This document shows, piece after piece, positions 11,361 through 26,012 of a stretch of DNA of 64,000 nt. How positions within the stretch are numbered: position 1 is the stretch's first letter; each line of letters opens with the position of its first letter. The notes beneath the pieces were generated by a model that searched no databases, had not been told where the DNA came from, and saw only the letters and a program-made list of their open reading frames with translations. The stretch is from Octopus vulgaris. Its lineage: Eukaryota. The position numbers and the translations under genes are program-made. The stretch spans positions 11,098,001 to 11,162,000 of the forward strand of contig OX597842.1 in the NCBI GenBank assembly GCA_951406725.2, given 5' to 3'.

Positions 11361-11515
11361 AAGCACACACGCACACATACACTAAGTTAAGCACAGTTAC
11401 TCGCCACACACCCAAACTCTACGCATACACACACGAACACACACAGGCACACACACACACTACAAACAACACACACACACGCACGCACGCACGCACAAAC
11501 ACACTTGTCATCCTT

Positions 11516-11548
<33 letters not shown>

Positions 11549-11669
11549 CACCCACACACATTCCTTGTCTTTGAAACTCTCTTGTTTTTAAAAATCATGA
11601 TTCGTCTACCTTTTAACTTCTGTTCTTTCAACATGTGATCTCTTGAGCACCACCAGCAAAAAAAAAATT

Positions 11670-11838
11670 TTCCTCTGTCTTCCCTACTCGGGATCTTTCC
11701 TTCTCCTTTGTTTCCGACGATGAGCTCCGCTCGAAACGTTGAACCTTTCCCTTCTTTCCTGAGCATCAAATAATACTTTAATTGTTCCACGTCCTCGCGT
11801 TGCTGTGTTTTTTTCTGTGTTTTCTTGTTTGGATTAAC
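11670..11838 (+). mobile_element. Hammerhead-bearing element ending at a (TA)n tract; paralog of 55131-55296
   Basis: ttgttt-CCGACGA-t-GAGC(tcc)GCTC-GAAA-cgtt...agca-TC-aaataa at 11708-11773; ends ggattaac|tatata as in the second copy. Confidence 0.65.
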
Positions 11839-11877
11839 TATATATATATATATCTATATATATATATATATATATAA

Positions 11878-11939
<62 letters not shown>

Positions 11940-12816
11940 GCGCCCTGAAACAGAATTAAGAAATAAAAATGAGCGATTTTTCAACTGTGAGAAATATTCT
12001 TGACAAATATGATACAAGTGAGACACGTACGTGTAAACGCGCCATACCGATGCTCCAGTATGGCCGCAACGAAAACTCTAAAACAAGAAAAAAAAACAAG
12101 CGATCTTTCAACAGCGACAAATATTTTTGACAAATATGATCCAAGATGGTCGCCCTGGTGAACAAGATGGCTGACGCTGCCTTTTCCTCTTCCCATCGTT
12201 TGTAAAGGTTGCTCTTTTGCTGACCTCATAAATCTGATCCAAAAATATATTCCCGCTGACACCATCTTTAGATGCTCAACTGGCTTTTGTTGATGGCATT
12301 TCTTTGAAAACGGGGCAACATGTTAACGAAATGATCCAAGCGGTGATATACGTTCTCTATGGAAATCAATAAATCGTAAAATAGACACAGGGATATAGTC
12401 TTAAAAAGAAATCTAATTGCGTGTTATTCTTTCGCGCTTCTTACATCCATAAATGAAGATTTAGCGATAGCGCCTCGTAGCGTTCGGGTGGCTTCCTGCC
12501 CCCTTACACTCGGCAACAGCCATTCGCCAGTTGCTAGCAGAAATTTAGCTACATTAATCACCAGGGAGGATAATCTCAAAGGTTTTATGAGCTTATCAGC
12601 ATGGAGACGTAGATCTTTCGACAATTTGACTCACAACGTATAGATATAACTACATACATACATACATGCATACAGACATACACAAATGTATACACACACA
12701 CACACACATATATATATGTATGTATGTATATGTATAGATATATATATAGACACAGGTGTATATAGATATATAGATATATATATATATGTGTGTATGTGTG
12801 CGTGCAGATATATATG

Positions 12817-12870
<54 letters not shown>

Positions 12871-12978
12871 TTATATGTATATATATATAGAAATATATAC
12901 ATACATATATGCACATACGCAGATATATATATACACACATATATGTATATATATACACATATATACAGACATATATAC

Positions 12979-13026
<48 letters not shown>

Positions 13027-13349
13027 CCCGCATATATATATATATACAAGTGACTTGATCTGAGATCGTAAGCTGGATCGAAAAGAATTGCAGCGTGGAA
13101 GGTGTTTATAAGCCATTTAAGAAACACACAAAACCGTTAGATTCACTTCAACGTTTAAATTTAATTTGTCAAAATATTTTCGTCGCTTTGAGACCGCGAC
13201 CTTGGAAGAAAGCCTCGAATGTATGCAAAACAAGGACGGAAAACCGGACGATGTTACACGAATAAGAATACAAAACTACGTAAAAACAATAATGATAATA
13301 ATAATAACAAAAACAGGACGCCACAGACAGGCGTCTTTCGACAGGACGA

Positions 13350-13413
<64 letters not shown>

Positions 13414-13514
13414 ATAATAAGAGTAAATAATTTCTATAAAGGTTTTTAAAAAAAACCCAATTATTTACTGGTAGAATTCGGTATGTAAATATAGCCGATT
13501 ACCGTAAAGTTCAG

Positions 13515-13920
13515 TATATATATTGTATATAAGAAATAGCAGTCAAGAATGCTTATTTCTTTTGATGTCGCATGGTCAGAAGGTTTGAGGTACATAACAT
13601 TTGATAAATCTATGATAAATCTATTTCAATGGAAAGCTGTGCTGAAGAAGGATGTGAAATATATATGCAATGTATATGAAATATATATCAAAAATATATA
13701 TGAAATATATATTCAATATGTTTATAATCCAGAAACATGATGTTCACAGATAACCACCAGACTTCGTTTTCTGTATCTATTCCTTCTGTTTTGCATATGT
13801 GAATTACAGGGTTTGTCGTGCCCGGAGTCCCACTTTGATAGAAATAAGCATTCTTGACTGCTATTTCTATTTTTTCGGTATGCGGTCAAGCAACCTGTTG
13901 CCTGTCCCTTTTTCTTATAT

Positions 13921-13930
<10 letters not shown>
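13515..13930 (+). mobile_element. Element with flanking inverted repeats and a hammerhead motif with expanded loop II
   Basis: ctgtg-CTGAAGA(13642)-aggat[~73 nt AT-rich]atcca-GAAA(13732)-catgatg-TT-cacag. The segment agaaatagcagtcaagaatgcttatttct (13532-60) is inverted at 13840-68. Confidence 0.55.
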
Positions 13931-13970
<40 letters not shown>

Positions 13971-13971
<1 letters not shown>

Positions 13972-14098
13972 CGGGTAGGTTTACGAAAATAAACAAAAGA
14001 CGAAGGCAGGTGGAGTACAAACAAACAATGTATTGGTATGGCGCTCAGGAATAGAATTGGTCTTTTACGTTTCGAGCCTACGCTCTTCGACAGAAACA
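13971..14098 (-). mobile_element. Hammerhead-like element, paralog of 4466-4590
   Basis: Minus strand: ttt-CTGTCGA-a-GAGC(gtag)GCTC-GAAA-cgt...ttcctgagcg-CC...cacctgccttcgtcttttg, ending at (TA)n. Confidence 0.55.
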
Positions 14099-14164
14099 TA
14101 CACACATATATGTAGATATATGTGTATATGTATATACATGTGTGCGTGTGTGTGCATATATACT

Positions 14165-14360
14165 TCTGTTTGTCGTCCGCCATCATCTGACAACCGATGT
14201 TGATGTGTTTATGTCCATATAATATAGCGGTTCAGCAAATGGCACCGATGGAATAAGTACCAGGCTTAAAAAAGAATAAGTCTTGCGATTCGATTTGATA
14301 GACCGAAGGCGGTGCTCCAGCATGGCCGCGGTGAAATGACTGAAACAAGTAGAGAAGAAT
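14165..14360 (+). mobile_element. SINE family A, 3' half
   Basis: gacaaccgatg..gcggttc..gaataagtac..ggcggtgctccagcatggccgc..gactgaaacaagt. Confidence 0.8.
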
Positions 14361-14377
14361 AAAACATATTCTTGTAT

Positions 14378-14948
14378 TCTTTTACTTGTTTCAGTCATTT
14401 GACTGCGGCCATGCTGGAGCACCGCCTTTAGTCGAGCAAATCGACCCCAGGACTTATTCTTTGTAAGCCCAGTACATTTGCCGAACCGCTAAGTGACGGG
14501 GACGTAAACAGACCAGCATCGGTTGTCAAGCAATGCTAGGGGGACAAACACAGACACACAAACACATACACACGCATATATATATACATACATATACACG
14601 ACAGGCTTCTTTCAGTTTCCGTCTACCAAATCCACTCACAAGGTATTGGTCGGCCCGGGGCTATAGCAGAAGACACTTGCCCAAGGTGCCACGCAGTGAG
14701 ACTGAACCCGGAACCATGTGGTTGGTTAGCAAGCTACTTACCACACAGCCACTCGTGCACCAATATATATATATATATACATATATACGACAGGCTTCTT
14801 TCAGTTTCCGTCTACCAAATCTACTCACAAGGCATTGGTCGGCCCGAGGCTATAGCAGAAGACACTTGCCCAAGATGCCACGCAGTGGGAATGAACCCGG
14901 AAACATGTGGTTGGTAAGCTAGCTACTTACCACACAGCCACTCCTGCG

Positions 14949-15044
<96 letters not shown>

Positions 15045-15210
15045 TACGACAGGCTTCTTTCAGTTTCCGTCTACCAAATCCACTCACAAGGCATTGGTCG
15101 GCCCAAGGCTATAGTAGAAGACACTTGCCCAAGATACCACGCAGTGGGACCGAACCCGGAACCATGTGGTTGGTTAGCAAGCTACTTACCACACAGCCAC
15201 TCCTGCGCCT
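14378..15210 (-). mobile_element. SINE family A with three tandem head units separated by (TA)n
   Basis: Head block acgacaggcttc...ccactcctgcgcct repeated at ~14597, ~14787 and ~15046. Confidence 0.9.
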
Positions 15211-15568
15211 ATATATATATATATATATACACCCACGTGTGTGTGTATGTACATATATACAGATATACAAGATAAGTTAAATAAAGTGACAGTACGAATA
15301 ACAAAAGAGGATGTATACAAATTGGGACACAGAAGAGACAGAAAGAGGAAGACAAATAGAGCCAGAGATGGAGAGAGACTCAGAGAGAGAGAGACAGACG
15401 CAGGGAGGGAAATGCTTTTCCATGAGGAAGAGAAATACGCCATTATGAGAAACGCTCAGCAAATATACAGAGATAAGCGGCCGCTTGTGACGTGGATAAA
15501 CAGAACTGTTTGTATAAGAACAGCACAAGAGGTTTTGGGAAACATTCCACCGTGTAGAATATGTGTTT

Positions 15569-17974
<2,406 letters not shown>

Positions 17975-18322
17975 CTGTATATGTTAATGTATATATTTAC
18001 CTATACACATAGCGGTCTAGTTTTACTTACATGGGAAAACATATCTCCATAAACAAACGGCGCGCATGTTTACGCGAGTCTTCGTCTGTATGTGTGTGTG
18101 TTTGTTTGTTTACGTACATCTTCTAGGGAATTCAACAGATTTGCGTTTCATCACTCAGCTCTTGGGAACCCTGTATATTTTGCTTTTCGTCATTCCCCTT
18201 TAAGAAGATGAAGCTTCCATAACCCAGAGCCTAATTCTTAACTGGAGATTTTCCAATTTTAGAAATATTAATTCAAGGAGACTTTCTAGATGCTTTCCTC
18301 TTTCTAAAATCTACTATAATAT

Positions 18323-19690
18323 TTTCTACTCTAAGCACAATGCCCACAATGGGTGGAGGGAAGTACCAGTCGATTACATCGACCCTAGCACGCAACTGGT
18401 ACATAATTTATCGAACCCGAAAGGAAGGAGGGCAAAGTCGACGCCGTCGGAATTTGAACTCAGAATGTAAAGACAGACGAATTACCTATGTCTTTACTAC
18501 CCAACAAGGGGCTAAACACACAGAGGACAAACAAGGACAGCCAAACAGATCAAGTCGATTATATCGACCCCAGTGCGTAACTGGTACTTAACTTATCGAC
18601 CCCAAAAAGATGAAAGGCAAAGTTGACCTCGGCGGAATTTGAACTCAGAACGTAGCGGCAGACGAAATACCGGTTTCTTTACTACCCACAAGAGGATAAA
18701 CACAGAGAGGACAAACAAGGACAGACAAACGGATTAAGTCGATTATATCGACCCCAGTGCGTAACTGGTACTTATTTTAGTTTATCGACCTGAAACCGAA
18801 AGGTAGACGAAATACCGGTTTCTTTACTACACAAGAGGATAAACACAGAGAGGGGACAATGTCGACTGGTACTTAGTTTATTGAAACCCGACGCCGTCGT
18901 AATTTGAACTCAGAATGTAAAGACAGACGAATTACTTATGTCTTTACTACCCACAAGGGCTAAACACAGAGAGGACAAACAAGGACAGACAAATGGATTA
19001 AGGCGATTATATCGACCCAGTGCGGAACTGGTACTTAATTTATCGACCCCGAAAGGATGAAAGGCAAAGTTGACCATGGCGGAATTTGAACTCAGAACGT
19101 AGCGGGATACGAAATACCGCTAAGCATTTCACCCGGCGTGCTAACGTTTCTTATTCCTTTATTACCCACAAGGGCTAAACACATAGGGGACAAACAAGGA
19201 CAGACAAAAGGCTTAAGTCGATTACATCGACCCCAGTGATTCACTGGTACTTAATTTTCGACTCCGAAAGGATGAAAGGCAAAGTCGATCTCGGCGGAAT
19301 TTGAACTCAGATCGTAACGGCAGACGAAATACCTATTTCTTTACTACCCACAAGGGGCTAAACACAGAGAGGACGAACAAGGACAGAGAAAAGGCTTAAG
19401 TCGATTACATCGACCTTCAGTAATTCACTGGTACTTAATTTATCGACCCCGAAAGGATGAAAGGCAAAGTCGATCTCGGCGGAATTTGAACTCAGATCGT
19501 AACGGCAGACGAAATACCGCTAAGCATTTCGCCCGGCGTGCTAACACAGAGAGGCCTTGAACAATCTACTATAATAATACTCTTAAAGTGACCTTCAGTA
19601 ATTCACTGGTAACTTAATTTCATCGACCCATGAAAGGATGAAAGGCAAAGTCGATCTCGGCGGAATTTGAACTTGACAGATCGTAACGGA
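18323..19690 (-). repeat. SINE family B tandem array (~7-8 units, some truncated)
   Basis: Repeated aatttgaactcaga..agacgaa.tacc..tttctttactacccaca..gacaaacaaggacagac blocks. Confidence 0.9.
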
Positions 19691-20069
19691 TTGGAGACAA
19701 GCATTTCCAACCAGCAAATCCAGCACCCAGGGACTAGATTGTGAGTCATTTCTCATCATCAGTCTGGATTAGCATGGCTTGCTAAGTGCCGATGCTAATC
19801 CGTCTTTGTAAACATAGATTTCAAGTGAAATACATTCACTTTGAAAATGTCACATTAAGTTGATAATATGCTATCACTTTATCGTTCTGCCACTGCATAA
19901 ATCTCTCTCTGTGAGATTGACAAATCTATTATTTCAATAATACTCTCGTGATTTTCTCCGTTACAACATATGAATGAACAAAGAAAGAGTTGATAGATGA
20001 ATAAGGAAGGAAGGCAGGAAGGAAAGAAGGAAAGGGTGATGGAAAAGTAGTAGTGGGACGAGGAAAAAA

Positions 20070-21128
20070 AATCAAACAGCGTTTCAACTCTGTGTGAGTG
20101 TGTAAAAGGGAGGTATGTGAATGTGTGCGTGTGTATGTGTATGTGTGCAATGGAAGGGGAATGGTGAAAATTCAACACTGAAAAGAAAACTCGAACAGCG
20201 TTTCAACTCTGTGTGAGTGTGTAAAAGGGAGATATGTGAATGTGTGCGTGTGTATGTGTATGTGTATGTGTGCAATGGAAGGGGGATGGTGAAAATTCAA
20301 CGCTGAAAAGAAAACTCAAACAGCGTTTCAACTCTGTGTGAGTGTGTAAAAGAGAGGTATGTGAATGTGTGCGTGTGTATGTGTATGTGTATGTGTGCAA
20401 TGGAAGGGGAATGGTGAAAATTCAACGCTGAAAAGAAAACTCAAACAGCGTTTCAACTCTGTGCGAGTGTGTAAAAGGGAGGTATGTGAATGTGTGCGTG
20501 TGTATGTGTATGTGTGCAATGGAAGGGGGATGGTGAAAATTCAACACTGAAAAGAAAACTCAAACAGCGTTTCAACTCTGTGTGAGTGTGTAAAAGGGAG
20601 GTATATGAATGTGTGCGTGTGTATGTGTGTGTGTGCAATTGAAGGGGGATGGTTAAAATTCAACGCTGAAGAGAAAACTCAAACAGCGTTTCAACTCTGT
20701 GTGCGTGTGTACGTGTATGTGTATGTGTGCAATGGAAGGAGGATGGTGAAAATTCAACACTGAAAGGAAAACTCAAACAGCGTTTCAACTCTGTGCGAGT
20801 GTGTAAAAGGGATGTATGTGAATGTGTGCGTATGTATGTGTATGTGTATGTGTGCAATGGAAGGGGGATGTGTGCGTGTGTACGTGTATGTGTGTGTGCA
20901 ATGGAAGGGGGATGGTGAAAATTCAATACTGAAAAGAAAACTCAAACAGCGTTTCAACTCTGTGTTAGTGTGTAAAAGGGATGTATGTGAATGTGTGCGT
21001 GTGTGTGTATGTGTATGTGTGTAATGGAAGGGGGATGGTGAAAATTCAACACTGAAAAGAAAACTCAAACAGCGTTTCAACTCTGTGTGAATGTGTAAAA
21101 GGGAGGTATGTGAATGTGTGCGTGTGTG
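20070..21128. repeat. Minisatellite, ~9 units of ~120 bp
   Basis: aaacagcgtttcaactctgtg..gtgcaatggaagggg..ggtgaaaattcaac.ctgaaaag repeated with a variable (GT) core. Confidence 0.9.
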
Positions 21129-21698
21129 AACCAGCGTTCTTTCAGTAGCAAACGATGATCAATGTCCCATCTCAAAAGATAACCACCAGATAACATTGGC
21201 AAGTGTATTAATTTGATTTACCTTCCATATTCTATCTGCTTTGTTAAAGATAATTATTGCAATCACACACACCTACACACACATATACCAACTCATTAAT
21301 TTTCTCTAATGAGTTTGTACCTGTTACTTAAACGAAATATACACCGCCGGAAGTTCTTGTTGAACTTGTTGCCAAACAACAGCAGTAATTGTATTCACCG
21401 CAATAGACGTCATTGATTGGTTGAAACTGTCGAAATACGAGAAATTTAACAACAAATAGCTTACAAACTACAGAATTTTCTCAAGAACGCCAAGAGAAAA
21501 AGATGTTTTATGTGTTTAGTTACAAAGAAATTTTTTAAATCTGCCGGTCAAAGTGAAAAGGTCCGAGAAAATAGTTATTGCCCCAATATACCAAGAATAT
21601 ATAACGACTACTGTCGAAAGGTATATTATAAATTTGGTAATGAAAGAATTATCAAACTAAAAATCTTGGTTTTGTACCTTATTTGTATATGAAATACT

Positions 21699-22105
21699 AG
21701 GCGCAGGAGTGGCTGTGTGGTAAGTAGCTTGTTTACCAACCACATGGTTCTGGGTTCAGTCCCACTGCGTGGCACCTTGGGCAAGTGTCTTCTGCTATAG
21801 CCTCGGGCCGACCAAAGCCTTGTGAGTGGATTTGGTAGACGGAAACTGAAAGAAGCCCGTCGTATATAAGTATATATATATATATATATATACGTGTGCG
21901 TGTGTGTGTCTGTGTTTGTCCCCCTAACATTGCTTGACAACTGATGCTGGTGTGTTTATGTCCCCGTTACTTAGCGGTTCGGCAAAAGAGATCGATAGAA
22001 TAAGTACTGGGCTTACAAAAGGATAAGTCCCGGAGTCGAGTTGCTCGATTAAAGGCGGTGCTCCAGCATGGCCGCAGTCTAAAATGACTGAAACAAGTAA
22101 AAGAA
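21699..22105 (+). mobile_element. Full-length SINE family A
   Basis: A box tggctgtgtgg, B box ggttcagtccc, internal (TA)(GT) tract, tail ccagcatggccgcagtc..gactgaaacaagtaaaaga. Confidence 0.9.
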
Positions 22106-22421
22106 AAAAAAGAAAAGAAAAGAAAGAAGAATTAGCCGTCATTTTTAACGGCACGGGTGAACTAGTATGAAACTGAATTGTGAGAAACAAATAAGATGAT
22201 AATTTTATTCTGAAACGCAGAAACACTGATGCAACATGGCTGGTTGCTGACAAATCTTTCCGCTTTGTATGGATATCTTACCCAATCTCTGCGTTTATGC
22301 GTTTGAAAATAAAATTACAATCTTATTTGAATCTCATAAAACACATTTCAACGCTTCTAAAAACAAACATTAGGTTGTTTACAGTTATCGTAGTAAACAA
22401 ATAAAAGGTTTGTTCTCTAGC

Positions 22422-22982
22422 AATGTCAGGCTCATGAGGGCCGATTATTTCTCGGGCCATGGCAGGCTCACCGAGGGCCGTCTTTCTCGGGCCATGGCAG
22501 GCTCATGAGGGCCGATTCTTTCTCGGGCGTATGGCAGGCTCATAAGGGCCGGATTCTTTCTCGGGCCATGGCAGGCTCATTGAGGGCCGGATTATTTCTC
22601 GGGCCATGGCAGGCTCGTGAGGGCCGGGGTCTTTCACGGGCCATGGCAGGCTCATGATGGCCGATTCTTTCTCGGGCCATGGCAGGCTCATGAGGGCCGA
22701 TTCTTTCACGGGCCATGGCAGGCTCATTGAGGGCCGGATTCTTTCTCGAGCCATGGCAGGCTCATTGAGGGCCGGATTCTTTCACGGGCCATGGCAGGCT
22801 CATGAGGGCCGATTCTTTCTCGGGCCATGGCAGGCTCATTGAGGGCCGGATTCTTTCACGGGCCATGGCAGGCTCATGAGGGCCGATTCTTTCTCGGGCC
22901 ATGTCAGGCTCATGAGGGCCGATTCTTTCTCGGGCCATGGCAGGCTCATGAGGGCCGGATTCTTTCTCGAGCCATGGCAGGT
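22422..22982 (-). repeat. GC-rich minisatellite (~15 x 35-37 bp) continuous with the 3' tail of SINE family D
   Basis: Unit ggccatggcaggctcat(t)gagggcc(g)gattctttc(t/a)cg; the last unit runs into gccatggcaggttaatgagaaccggtttcccgg. Confidence 0.85.
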
Positions 22983-23166
22983 TAATGAGAACCGGTTTCC
23001 CGGTTTCAGTGGTATAGAAATTCCCCACCCCGATGGGACCCTGGTTTGTCACAGAATATCTCATTTGTTTCCAGCTGAGTGGACTGGAGCAACGCATCAC
23101 CAAGTTCAGGAATCGAAATCACAATCTTGAGTCTAACACCCTAACCACTAAGCCACGCACCTCCAC
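22965..23166 (-). mobile_element. tRNA-derived SINE family D (internally deleted)
   Basis: Minus strand: gtggaggtgcgtggcttagtggttagggtg..tttcgattcc..ttgctccagtccactcagctg. Confidence 0.65.
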
Positions 23167-23186
23167 CCATCCAAGAGTAAGTTGTC

Positions 23187-24144
23187 ATGCTTTTGCACAC
23201 TAGGCAGAAGGCACGATATTTTAGAGGAGGGGGCCAGTCGATTATATCGACCCCAGTGCGTAACTGGTACTTATTTGATCGATCCCGAAAGGATGAAAGG
23301 CAAAGTCGACCTCGGCGGAATTTGAACTCAGAACGTAGCGGCAGACGAAATACCTATTTCTTTACTACCCACGAGGGGCTAAACACAGAGAGAACAGACA
23401 AGGACAGACAAGGGGATTAAGTCGATTATATTGAGCCCAGTGCGTAACTGGTACTTATTTGATCGACCCCGAAAGGATGAAAGGTAAAGTCGACCTCGGC
23501 GGAATTTGAACTCAGACCGTAGCGGCAGACGAAATACCTCTTTCTTTACTACCCACAAGGGGCTAAGCACAGAGAGGACAAACAAGGAACAGACAAGGGG
23601 ATTAAGTCGATTACATCGACCCCAGTGCGTAACTGGTACTTAATTTAATCGACCCCAGAAAGGATGAAAGGCAAAGTCGACCATCGGCGGAATTTGAACT
23701 CAGAACCGTAGCGGCAGACGAAATACCTATTTCTTTACTACCCACAAGGGGCTAAACACAGAAGGGACAAACAAGGACAGACAAGGGGATTAAGTCGATT
23801 ATATCAACCCCAGTGCGTAACTGGTACTTAATTTATCAACCCCGAAACGATGAAAGGCAAAGTCGACCTCGGCGGAATTTGAACTCAGAACGTAACGACA
23901 GACGAAATACCAATTTCTTTACTACCCTCAAGGGGCTAAACACAGAAGGGACAAACAAGGACAGACAAGGGGATTAAGTCGATTATATCGACCCCAGTGC
24001 GTAACTGGTACTTATTTAATCGATCCCGAAACGATGAATGGCAAAGTTGACCTCGGCGGAATTTGAACTCAGAATATAATGGCAGACGAAATACCGCTAA
24101 GCATTTCGCCCGGCGTGCTAACGTTTCTGCCAGCTCGCCGCCTT
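23187..24144 (-). repeat. SINE family B with 5 tandem ~185-bp units
   Basis: gaactcaga at ~23325, 23509, 23697, 23881 and 24065; a single complete head (aaggcggcgagctggcagaaacgttagcacgccgggcg) at the right end. Confidence 0.9.
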
Positions 24145-24379
24145 AGATTAAGCCCTCATTAACAACCGGAAGCAATCATGAGAGCAGCAGTGTGAGTGTC
24201 TGTTTGTCCTTGGTTATGCTCATGGTTTTCCTCTCACTACGCATTCATGGTGCGATGAGCAAAATCTGTTAACCTGCAATTAATGTCGCCGTAATCATAA
24301 AACGCCGTATACGGCGATATCCATCTTCACACAAAGTCCCATCGCAGACACAAGGCATTAAGAGCAAACACCCTGATAC

Positions 24380-25520
24380 ACATAGATACACACACACGCA
24401 AGCACGCACGCACATACACACGCATGCACACATACATACATACATACACGCACGCACGGGCGTGCAAAGATACGCACACTCATACGGGCTCACACACACA
24501 CATACACACTTGCACTCTGAAACACACACACGCACGCTCACACACACACTCACACACATACAATACATATACACACACACATTCGCACACGCACTCACAC
24601 AAACACATACACACGCACACGCACACACATATACACACGCGCGCACACACACTCACGCACATGCGATATACATACATACACATGCATAAACATATTCGCA
24701 TATGCACTCACAAAACACATACACACTCACACACACATACACACACGCACGCACACACACACACAACATCACACACACATACATACACAAACAACATCGC
24801 ACACACATACATACAAATACAGGTGCGCACGCACACACATGTACACACGCATACTCATGCACACACACATACACACTCACACACAAGCGCATACACACAC
24901 ACACACACAAACACACACGCACGCACACACTCACACGCACTCATACACGTACACACAAACAACTTCACACACACATACATACACACACACAGACGCACAC
25001 ACATACACGAACGAACACACACATACAAACACACACACACACACACACACAAACACACACGCGCGCACACACATACACGCACTCATACACGTACACACAA
25101 ATAACTTCACACACACATATATACACACACACAGACGCGCAGACACATACGAACGCACACATACAAACGCTCACACACACATACATATACACACACACAC
25201 ACAGAGAAACGCACACATATAAACGCTCACACACACACACATACACACACGCACACACACACATACACGCGCTCATACACGTGCACACAAACAACTTCAT
25301 ACACACATACACACACACAGACGCGCACACACACACACGAACGCACACATACAAACGCTCACACACATACACACACGCACGCACACACATACACCCACTC
25401 ATCCATACACGTACACACAAACAAATTCACACACACATACATGCACACACACGCACGCACACACACACACGAACGCACATATACAAACGCTCACACACAC
25501 ACACACATACACACACAGAC
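24380..25520. repeat. Degenerate (CA)n tract with higher-order repeats
   Basis: ctcatacacgt.cacacaaa.aacttca recurs at ~24940, 25082, 25272 and 25397. Confidence 0.85.
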
Positions 25521-25739
25521 TTTCCATTTTATTAAAGCAGAAAAATTATTTCGGAAACTGTTAGAGCCTCACGTGACAGTTCATCAATTGGTTCTGAAAA
25601 CAGCTTTTGAAGAATTTTTTCTCTGCTTTAATAAAAAGTCTCCTTTGATATTCTTGTTGTTCTTTTTTTCCCCCACCTTGGTTTTTCATTTACATGTTCC
25701 CCTGCTTATGTATATGCATGGGTATATAAACATATATAT

Positions 25740-25814
<75 letters not shown>

Positions 25815-25895
25815 GGACTCTGGGTGTGTCTCGGCAAGTGATTGTAACAAACATGTAGATGAAAAGTAAATAATAACAACAGCAAAAACAACAAC

Positions 25896-25990
<95 letters not shown>

Positions 25991-26012
25991 TAATAATATT
26001 AATAATAATAAT

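Noticed and set aside
13160-13202. Half hammerhead on the minus strand (gtcgc..gcgac-GAAA-atat-TT-tgac)
   Set aside because: The CUGANGA strand and 5' stem I are absent here, so it cannot be called from this copy.
20070-21128. Repeat-spacer pattern resembling CRISPR
   Set aside because: The spacers are homologous GT-rich sequence; eukaryotic context.
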